Assembly (NCBI GenBank): GCA_001789395.1
Contig: MFZK01000003.1
Span: forward strand, 48,390-112,389
Source: Candidatus Roizmanbacteria bacterium RIFCSPHIGHO2_02_FULL_37_13b
GTDB taxonomy: Bacteria; Patescibacteriota; Microgenomatia; UBA1406; HO2-37-13b
Length of the DNA stretch: 64,000 bases
Direction: 5' to 3'
Shown: positions 57,606 through 64,000 of the stretch, one piece after another
How positions within the stretch are numbered: the first letter of the stretch is position 1
How the letters are laid out: every line of letters begins with the position of its first letter
The notes under the pieces: generated by a model
What the model was told of the DNA's origin: nothing
Database searches by the model: none
What the model saw: the letters and a program-made list of their open reading frames with translations, nothing else
Translations under genes and position numbers: made by a program

Positions 57606-58550
57606 TTATACCTTATTCCCAGAATGATACTTTTTGTGTGTTTCTCTTAATCTTAAATTGGTAACATGAGTATATATTTGCGTGGTAGAAATATTTTTGT
57701 GGCCTAACATTTCCTGAACCGACCTCAAATCCGCCCCATGATTTAATAAATCGGTGGCAAATGAATGTCTAAGCACGTGTGGAGTCAAATGATTTAGAAT
57801 ACCGGCTTTTTTTTTGTATTTGTCGACCATACGCTCTATTGACCGTGTTGTTAACCGCAGGCTTTGATCAGTTAATTCTCCTTTGATTTTCGGACCGCTG
57901 TAACGAATAAAAAGAGCTTGATATGGATCCTTGCGTGCGTGCAAATATTCATTTAACCATTTCTTCGCTGAAGTCGTCAAAAAAACAAGTCTGAGTTTGC
58001 GCCCTTTGCCCATGACCGCAAATTCACCTTCATTAATATTGACTTTATCTCTATTAAGACTTACAAGTTCAGATACTCGAAGGCCAGTTGAAAAAAGAAC
58101 TTCTAAAATTGCCTTATCACGAAGTCCTCGGATTTTTTTTGTATCCGGTGCTTGAAGTAATTTAGTTAACATATTTTCTTCCAAAAATTTTACTTCCCGA
58201 TCACCCAGTTTTCCAAGTTCAATTATCTCGGGAGAAATCACGGACAATTTTTTCTTTATTAAATACCTAAAAAATGAACGAAGTGCGACTAAAAAATAAT
58301 TCTGTGTCTGTTTTTTTAACTCACCTTTATATTGATTAAAATAATCTCTCGATAAATAGAGACGAAATCTTCGGATCTGCTCTTCATCAACATTTTCTAC
58401 CTTGAAGTCTGTCCCTTTTTTTTCCTCTTTTTCAATCCATTTCTGAAAAAAAGTTAAATAATAGTCATACATTCGGATCGTATTCTGGGATAAATTCCTA
58501 TCAAGATCACAATATTCCAAAAAACGTAAAATAGCTTCGTGCAGATTCAT
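57606..58550 (-). CDS. Tyrosine site-specific recombinase (XerC/XerD family)
   Basis: Box I/II residues: ...GLRVSELVSLNRD..., HVLRHSFATDLLNHGADLRSVQEMLGHKNISTTQIYTHV (R..HxxR..Y catalytic set). Confidence 0.8.
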   Translation of the reverse strand: MNLHEAILRFLEYCDLDRNLSQNTIRMYDYYLTFFQKWIEKEEKKGTDFKVENVDEEQIRRFRLYLSRDYFNQYKGELKKQTQNYFLVALRSFFRYLIKKKLSVISPEIIELGKLGDREVKFLEENMLTKLLQAPDTKKIRGLRDKAILEVLFSTGLRVSELVSLNRDKVNINEGEFAVMGKGRKLRLVFLTTSAKKWLNEYLHARKDPYQALFIRYSGPKIKGELTDQSLRLTTRSIERMVDKYKKKAGILNHLTPHVLRHSFATDLLNHGADLRSVQEMLGHKNISTTQIYTHVTNLRLRETHKKYHSGNKV

Positions 58551-58570
58551 AACTTAATTGTAACAAAAAA

Positions 58571-58604
58571 CCCAGCCCAGCCGCTCGCGAGCAGCTGGGC
58601 TGGG
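58571..58604 (-). terminator. Strong GC-rich hairpin terminator (bidirectional-looking)
   Basis: cccagcccagc-cgctcgcgagca-gctgggctggg, an 11-bp perfect stem; on the minus strand it is followed by a T-run (tttttt); lies between the Cys-rich gene and xer. Confidence 0.6.
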
Positions 58605-58640
58605 TAATTTTAGTAATTAAATATTTACTTTTTTAGCTGA

Positions 58641-59801
58641 CTAGTTCCTACAACAATAATTAGAATTATTAATATTTTGACAAGATCCCTCACATACTTG
58701 CGCACAACTGGAATTTGGATCACAACTGCAGCTTTCCGTACAACTAGCCGGAATGCTTTGTTCTAAAACAGGACATTTCATATAGTCATTACACAGTTGT
58801 TTTGCGTATTGCGTCCACAATGATCGCGGTTTACAAGATGTTGATTCACCCAGTGTATATTTTTTAAGAATTGATTGACCGTCTGAACAGTAAAAATTCA
58901 CATGTCGATATCTCTGGGTATCCAAGCATGTCTTATCATTACTGTTGCATTTTGTCGGACCGCCACAAAGATCGCTGACGGAAACACCTTTTTCAGCGAC
59001 TAATCCGCAAACAGATGGTATTTTTTCTGCTCGCATTTGAACGGCGGTAATCGCTGGTTCTATTACAACTATTGGTGATATTGCTGGAAACAACCTCTGC
59101 GTTATGAGAATATCACGTCCTATGGGCGTAGTCTTATCAAAACAAGGATATTGTTTTTGGCACCAATCATCAGCTGATTTCTTAAATCCTGCCCAAGGCA
59201 TACATGATCCATCAGATTTTAGAGGAACATTGATCACCTCGACTTTGCCTACTTCATATTTTTTGTTATAACAGAGGAATTCATAACTAGTATAGCATTG
59301 TGAACCGATTGATTTGACCAACCGATAAGTACCGTCAATTAATCCTACTTTACAGGTCGTATCAGGGATTGGTTTGGCTACTTCCTCTTGTTTTTTGCCA
59401 CCTATTGATTCCCAATTAGTACAACAAGCGTACCATGGACTTTCTTTCGCAGACAATTTGCCCATAAACCATTCCTGCGACTGACAAACACTTGTCCCCG
59501 ACTGCAGTGATTGTGGAGTAAAATAGGCTGTAGCTTGTGTTTTACCACTTCTTGTAGGACAAGTAGCATTATATAACCTTATCCCGCGGCCTTCACCAAA
59601 GTGGCAACTGTTTACTCCGGACATAGATACCCGGCAGGTACCAGGATCAGCAGCAGAGGAAAAGAAAGTCAACGCTTGATCGGTATTCTTGGTCATCACG
59701 ACCACCGCTAATGTCAAAACTACTAATAAACCAACAACAGCAAAAATTGCTAATTTTGCCCGATGTTGCCTGCGAAAAAGTTTGTCAATTTGATGTTCCA
59801 T
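58641..59801 (-). CDS. Cysteine-rich extracytoplasmic protein with N-terminal signal anchor (paralog 1)
   Basis: 386 aa, ~36 Cys including several CC pairs; TM near the N-terminus; shares a conserved N-terminal ~120-aa domain (GTCR.S.SGVNSC.FGEGRG.R.YN...SVCQS...CC.NW) with 59813..61141; ~40% GC. Confidence 0.55.
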   Translation of the reverse strand: MEHQIDKLFRRQHRAKLAIFAVVGLLVVLTLAVVVMTKNTDQALTFFSSAADPGTCRVSMSGVNSCHFGEGRGIRLYNATCPTRSGKTQATAYFTPQSLQSGTSVCQSQEWFMGKLSAKESPWYACCTNWESIGGKKQEEVAKPIPDTTCKVGLIDGTYRLVKSIGSQCYTSYEFLCYNKKYEVGKVEVINVPLKSDGSCMPWAGFKKSADDWCQKQYPCFDKTTPIGRDILITQRLFPAISPIVVIEPAITAVQMRAEKIPSVCGLVAEKGVSVSDLCGGPTKCNSNDKTCLDTQRYRHVNFYCSDGQSILKKYTLGESTSCKPRSLWTQYAKQLCNDYMKCPVLEQSIPASCTESCSCDPNSSCAQVCEGSCQNINNSNYCCRN

Positions 59802-59812
59802 ATATTTTGTAA

Positions 59813-61141
59813 TTAATAACTATTATTGACGACACAATATGAATTAACACACTGATAGGCAGTTGGACAAGGCCAGAAACCACAGCTAATTGAACTCGAA
59901 CCGCCAGTCGTTCCATAACCACTTGATCCAGATCCGCCGGGACAACAATACCATCGACCTGAATGCTTTGCACAACTTTTTCCTGATTCACATTCAACCG
60001 TTAGACAATTTGATGCCTCCCCAGCGCGACAAGGACAATAGCTATTTCTCTCTGTTGTACAACCCGTAGGAATACCAGGTTGTGAGGAGGTTGGAGTAGG
60101 ATTTTGGTAATCAGGAATTACACAACAATATTTCTGTGTTCCTCCTCGCTCAGAATCAAGACGACAAATCTGTTGGGCAGGTGTCTGACCATCAGGACCT
60201 TGACGATATGTATTACAAGTTGTACTACTAGTACATCTGATATCAGTACATAAAGAATCTTTTTGACAAGTACTACATGCCTCATTGGTTTCACAACCTA
60301 TTCTTCTACAAACATTGGCATAAAGAATTGGATAAGACGATCCTCGATAATAACATCGATATCCAGTTAAACAATCTGAATCAACAGAGCACGTTTCATT
60401 ACAGCTTCTTTTAATCGTGGTTGGAGATGGTACTAAAGGCCAGTTTGTAATTTGCCTTTCCCCCTGACCGCTACCTCTCTGACCACAGCATTGATTATTA
60501 GCCAATAATATTAACTCATCTTGAGAAAGACAAATTTCGCTAGTAACAGTCTCTGATTTAATAGAGCTTCCTTTCTTACATTTATATGACAAGGCATTAG
60601 CTTTTGGCCTGCGACATGTGCCTTTCGTAAACTGATTAACTGTATATTGTATTTTGCATGAAACAGTTGGGGGAGGATTTCCAGTGGGTGAAGAATTGGT
60701 TGGTCTGGGTTGTCCCGGTGGTTGATTTCCAATTAAATCATCCCAATTGTTACAACAATTTTTCCAATTACTTCGCTCATCCCTGAGTTTCTTTACAAAC
60801 TCACTCTTTGATTGGCAAACCGAAGATCCGGGAGCTAAATCTCTTGGGAGAAAATATAATGATGGAGGATTTCCCCTATAATTACATCCTATGCCGGAGG
60901 AAGACATATTATATATACGAAATCCCCGTCCTTCACCAAACATACAACTATTGACTCCGGATAGAGATCCACGACATGTACCTTGTACTTCCGCCGATGC
61001 AAACATATTCCTTAACTGATCACTATTTGCAGCTAAATTTACGACCAAAATGCTGACGAAGAGAGCAAAAACACCAACACTAAGCAATGCTAACTGAGTA
61101 CGTTTATGATACCGAAATAATTTTTGAATTTTTAAATCCAT
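59813..61141 (-). CDS. Cysteine-rich extracytoplasmic protein with N-terminal signal anchor (paralog 2)
   Basis: 442 aa, >40 Cys, Pro/Thr/Ser linkers, Gly/Ser-rich segment; N-terminal domain homologous to the adjacent paralog. Confidence 0.55.
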   Translation of the reverse strand: MDLKIQKLFRYHKRTQLALLSVGVFALFVSILVVNLAANSDQLRNMFASAEVQGTCRGSLSGVNSCMFGEGRGFRIYNMSSSGIGCNYRGNPPSLYFLPRDLAPGSSVCQSKSEFVKKLRDERSNWKNCCNNWDDLIGNQPPGQPRPTNSSPTGNPPPTVSCKIQYTVNQFTKGTCRRPKANALSYKCKKGSSIKSETVTSEICLSQDELILLANNQCCGQRGSGQGERQITNWPLVPSPTTIKRSCNETCSVDSDCLTGYRCYYRGSSYPILYANVCRRIGCETNEACSTCQKDSLCTDIRCTSSTTCNTYRQGPDGQTPAQQICRLDSERGGTQKYCCVIPDYQNPTPTSSQPGIPTGCTTERNSYCPCRAGEASNCLTVECESGKSCAKHSGRWYCCPGGSGSSGYGTTGGSSSISCGFWPCPTAYQCVNSYCVVNNSY

Positions 61142-61221
61142 ATACTGCTAAAAAACTTATATATATTCAGTGTTACAAATTGCTGGACTGTTTGTCAAGA
61201 GGCAATCAACCGTTCTGGAAT

Positions 61222-61275
61222 TTAATTCAATCCCGGGATTGCATCAAGGCTCATTCAATCCCGGGATTGAATTAA
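61222..61275. repeat. REP-like palindromic doublet flanking the 3' end of the RAYT gene
   Basis: ttaattcaatcccgggattg-catcaaggctcatt-caatcccgggattgaattaa. Each unit, caatcccgggattg, is itself a perfect palindrome. Confidence 0.7.
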
Positions 61276-61937
61276 GTAATAATTTTTGATTTGATTAATT
61301 GTAATTTTTTTTGATAATCAGCCTGATCGTATATAAATTTATGATATGCATCGGGTGATTTAAAATACGCCAATATTTCTCTTTTAGAGATGACATTGTC
61401 ATCTTGCGTTGTCCGAGAAAGAAAATATGGTAACGACGTGTAAGGATATCCAACAAGGTCTTCAATTTTTATTATCCCTGAACTAACAGGATTTAAATGG
61501 ATGTATCGTGAAGTATGAATCAATTGTTCTTCACTTGTAATCAATACTGCTTGATAGCGCGTCATAAATACAGGTCCCTTTTTTGAATATTTTTTATTGA
61601 GGTACTTCGCATATCCTAATTGTATATTTGAAACAGCTGACCTAATACCATCGGTAATGTTTTGCTTCAATAGTAAGTGAAAATGATTTGGCATTAAACA
61701 ATAAGCAATAATTGTTACGATTCTATCCTTTGTTTTACTTAAATAATTTTTTTGAGCATCTTTATTAAGATTTATAAACTTTGAAAAGCTCATAATTTGC
61801 TGAAAGCGATAATATTTGAATAGAGAACAAAACCTATTAAGGTCGTCAATATTAAAATATAACCGTTTTGATTCCTCACATCTGTTATAAATATGATAAA
61901 AATAGTTATTTACAAAAAATTGTTTCCGATAGGGCAT
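61272..61937 (-). CDS. IS200/IS605-like HUH Y1 transposase (REP-associated tyrosine transposase, RAYT-like)
   Basis: HUH motif YCLMPNHFHLLL and catalytic Tyr motif RYIHLNPV; flanked on both sides by REP doublets. Confidence 0.75.
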   Translation of the reverse strand: MPYRKQFFVNNYFYHIYNRCEESKRLYFNIDDLNRFCSLFKYYRFQQIMSFSKFINLNKDAQKNYLSKTKDRIVTIIAYCLMPNHFHLLLKQNITDGIRSAVSNIQLGYAKYLNKKYSKKGPVFMTRYQAVLITSEEQLIHTSRYIHLNPVSSGIIKIEDLVGYPYTSLPYFLSRTTQDDNVISKREILAYFKSPDAYHKFIYDQADYQKKLQLIKSKIIT

Positions 61938-61954
61938 ATTAATATTTTTATCAA

Positions 61955-62000
61955 ATCAATCCCGGGATTGCAACATGGCTAATTCAATCCCGGGATTGAT
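61955..62000. repeat. REP-like palindromic doublet flanking the 5' end of the RAYT gene
   Basis: atcaatcccgggattg-caacatggctaat-tcaatcccgggattgat; same orientation as the other two copies. Confidence 0.7.
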
Positions 62001-62023
62001 GAGATGTTATAATTTATAATCAG

Positions 62024-62108
62024 GAAGGGTCGCATAGCGGCCGAGTGCGCACGCTTGGAAAGCGTGTAAGGGTAAAACCTTCGCGGGTTCGAATCCCGCC
62101 CCTTCCGC
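62024..62108 (+). tRNA. tRNA-Ser (anticodon GGA), type II with long variable arm
   Basis: Acceptor GGAAGGG/CCCTTCC, 3-bp D stem GCA/TGC, anticodon arm CACGC-TTGGAAA-GCGTG, 16-nt variable arm, T arm GCGGG-TTCGAAT-CCCGC, discriminator G. Confidence 0.8.
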
Positions 62109-62243
62109 ATTGACATTTCTTAGCGAACCTGAGATTATCGAAAGAGAGTTTAGAAATGACAAGGCCCGCCAAATTAACGCCCCTTGAGTCGCAGTAGAAA
62201 TCTACTAAGACGAAAGGTAAGTAATGGCGGGCTATATATATAC

Positions 62244-62888
62244 ATGGATAAAATTACCAACAGTAAGACGGTAGCTGCTGCCTTAGATTGGGGAGAAGTG
62301 ATCCTTGCTCTAGTCAGAAATCATCCTGTCATTGCGCCACTTATCCTTATCGCTATTGAAGAATTTGCCATTCCTCTTCCACTTCCAGGCGAAGTCTTGA
62401 TCGTTTATACCGGCTATCAAGCTTCACGAGGTATCTCCAATTATACCTTTGCGTTTATATCGTTCTTTTTTGCTGTTTTAATTGGTGCGTCAATATTATA
62501 TTGTCTATCGGTAAAATGGGGTAATTTTCTGGTCCTTCGGCTTGGCAAATTATTTCATTTAGATCAAAAAAAATTACATCTTATCGAAGAGAGATTTCGA
62601 CGTCATGGAATGTTATTTATCATACTAGGTCGTATGATTCCGGGATTTCGAATCCCTATAACCATATTTGCCGGTATGTCAAAAGTCCCATACAAGACTT
62701 TTATCTACGCGATATCATTATCAAATATTATTTGGATTCCATTATATCTTTATATAGGAAAAGTCTTTGGCCCGCAGAGTCATAGAATTCTTCAATCCCG
62801 CTACTCAATTTTGTTTATTATTTCAATACCGGTTTTAGTCGCAATCATCTATTATTTCTTTTATAAATCCATTGACACCAAAAATTAA
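62244..62888 (+). CDS. DedA/TVP38-family membrane protein
   Basis: Start at MDKITNSK; DedA motif region ...EEFAIPLPLPGEVLIVYTG...; 4-5 TM helices. The longer ORF from 62184 would run through a leader hairpin. Confidence 0.7.
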   Translation: MDKITNSKTVAAALDWGEVILALVRNHPVIAPLILIAIEEFAIPLPLPGEVLIVYTGYQASRGISNYTFAFISFFFAVLIGASILYCLSVKWGNFLVLRLGKLFHLDQKKLHLIEERFRRHGMLFIILGRMIPGFRIPITIFAGMSKVPYKTFIYAISLSNIIWIPLYLYIGKVFGPQSHRILQSRYSILFIISIPVLVAIIYYFFYKSIDTKN

Positions 62889-62977
62889 GGCCTATATTGT
62901 TACACCTCTTGACAAAGACTGATATGCTTCTTTATTCTTTAATCTAGTTAATATTTTTTATAAATTGAAATCTTCTT

Positions 62978-63091
62978 ATGGCTAAAGGTAAAAATAACGG
63001 ATTTGAATTAAGTCCTGTAATGCAGCTTGGTGTCATTATGATTGTCTTAGCTGCTATCGCACTGGTTGCCATCGCTTACAAAGCTTGGTAA
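62978..63091 (+). CDS. Candidate 37-aa single-TM small protein
   Basis: MAKGKNNGFELSPVMQLGVIMIVLAAIALVAIAYKAW; below the ORF-track length cutoff; upstream of the ABC ATPase. Confidence 0.3.
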   Translation: MAKGKNNGFELSPVMQLGVIMIVLAAIALVAIAYKAW

Positions 63092-63130
63092 GTTAAGTAA
63101 CTAAGTAGAAAACACGATACTTAATTTATT

Positions 63131-64000
63131 GTGGAATATGTATTAATTGTCGAGAAGCTTTCTAAATTATTCAATGGTTTTAAGGCTGTTGATAATATTT
63201 CTTTTTCGATAAAGCAAGGAGAAGTTGTCGGGCTACTTGGTCCAAATGGAGCAGGAAAAACCACGACAATTAATATACTAACCGGTGTAACGCTTCCTAA
63301 CTCCGGACAAATTGAATATTTTGGGGTTGATTTTTTTAAAAATCGCTCCGACTGTTTAGCAAAAATAAATTATTCTTCCTCTTATAGTAAACTTCTGCAT
63401 CGTGTCTCTGTTTGGGAAAATTTAGAGGTTTTTGCTCATCTTTATGGTGTTTCCGATTATAAAAATAAAATATTCTCCTTGGCAAAATATTTTGACATTG
63501 TGACGCTTTTACCAAAAAGATTTCTGAGTTTATCTTCGGGTCAAAAGACACGAGTTAATCTAGTCAAAGCACTTATCAATGAACCACAAGTTTTGCTGCT
63601 TGATGAACCCACTGCCAGTCTTGACCCTGACATGGCAGATAAGACACTGACTTTAATTGAAAATATTAAGAAAACCAGAAATATCTCTATTCTTTATACA
63701 TCACATGATATGCGGGAAGTTTCTCGTATCTGTGACCGTGTGATTTTTATGGACAGGGGCAAAATTGTCGCCGATGATACGCCTTTAGGGTTGACTAAAA
63801 AAATCAAATCCGCCATTTTGAGATTGACCTATGATGGCGATGAAGAAAAATTGAAAAAATTAATAAATGAAAGAGGGTGGAGGAGTACATTTCCAAAAAC
63901 TAACGTTGTTGAAATCACTTCAGAGGAAAAAGATTTGCCTTCGATGATATTTAAAATCAGTAATCTCGGAATTTGGATCACCGACATTGAAGTAATTAAA
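63131..64000 (+). CDS. ABC transporter ATP-binding protein (partial, continues past the window end)
   Basis: GTG start; Walker A GPNGAGKTT, signature LSSGQKTRV, Walker B LLLDEPT. Confidence 0.75.
   Translation, partial: MEYVLIVEKLSKLFNGFKAVDNISFSIKQGEVVGLLGPNGAGKTTTINILTGVTLPNSGQIEYFGVDFFKNRSDCLAKINYSSSYSKLLHRVSVWENLEVFAHLYGVSDYKNKIFSLAKYFDIVTLLPKRFLSLSSGQKTRVNLVKALINEPQVLLLDEPTASLDPDMADKTLTLIENIKKTRNISILYTSHDMREVSRICDRVIFMDRGKIVADDTPLGLTKKIKSAILRLTYDGDEEKLKKLINERGWRSTFPKTNVVEITSEEKDLPSMIFKISNLGIWITDIEVIK

Noticed and set aside
57606-62108. Classical tRNA-targeted integrative island inserted at tRNA-Ser
   Set aside because: The recombinase is distal from the tRNA. The tRNA is complete with no detectable duplicated 3' end, and the orientation does not fit the integrase-next-to-tRNA-3'-end pattern. 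It is described only as an accessory islet of uncertain origin.
63336-63551. 71-aa minus-strand ORF
   Set aside because: It lies entirely within the ABC ATPase coding sequence (the Walker A to signature motif region) on the opposite strand.

Overview
This is an AT-rich (~30% GC) bacterial window with compact, frequently overlapping genes. It looks like a small-genome, possibly candidate-phyla-radiation-like lineage, but that call is tentative and rests on composition and gene content only.

Coordinates ~1-43600 form one large cell-surface glycan biosynthesis supercluster. It contains three paralogous polytopic GT-C / GT39 (PMT/ArnT)-like membrane glycosyltransferases, one of which is partial at the window edge. 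It has at least five GT2 genes, four of them polyprenyl-phosphate-sugar synthase-like (DPM1/ArnC-type). There is a Wzx-like flippase, GDP-mannose 4,6-dehydratase, several SDR epimerase/dehydratases and three DegT-family PLP enzymes. Methyltransferases include one FkbM type. A split transketolase is present. A nonulosonic-acid (legionaminic/pseudaminic/sialic-like) module includes NeuB, NeuC, an LbH N-acetyltransferase, a 4,6-dehydratase, an aminotransferase, and PtmA/PtmF-like oxidoreductases. A CDP-hexose module has glucose-1-P cytidylyltransferase, an RfbH/DdhC(E1)-like 3-dehydratase, and two paralogous ThDP-dependent YerE/acetolactate-synthase-like enzymes, which suggests a branched-chain dideoxy sugar.

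Downstream of the cluster are:
- a NUDIX hydrolase and a SIMPL-domain protein;
- a microviridin-type (graspetide) ATP-grasp ligase with a candidate precursor ORF and a textbook promoter;
- miaA and gmd;
- tRNA-Arg, tRNA-Trp, tRNA-Gly and tRNA-Ser;
- a sortase next to a Thr/Pro/Ser-rich LAETG substrate;
- lexA with a GAAC-N4-GTTC SOS box, flanked by GC-richer genes of unknown function;
- tgt;
- a TrpR/YerC-like regulator surrounded by a recurring 24-bp palindrome;
- an M20 dipeptidase;
- another GT2 / membrane-protein pair;
- an accessory islet with a Xer-like tyrosine recombinase, two tandem paralogous cysteine-rich surface proteins, and an IS200-like/RAYT transposase flanked by REP-like palindromic doublets (a third REP copy sits inside the glycan cluster);
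- a DedA protein and a partial ABC ATPase at the window end.

No CRISPR array or rRNA was seen.
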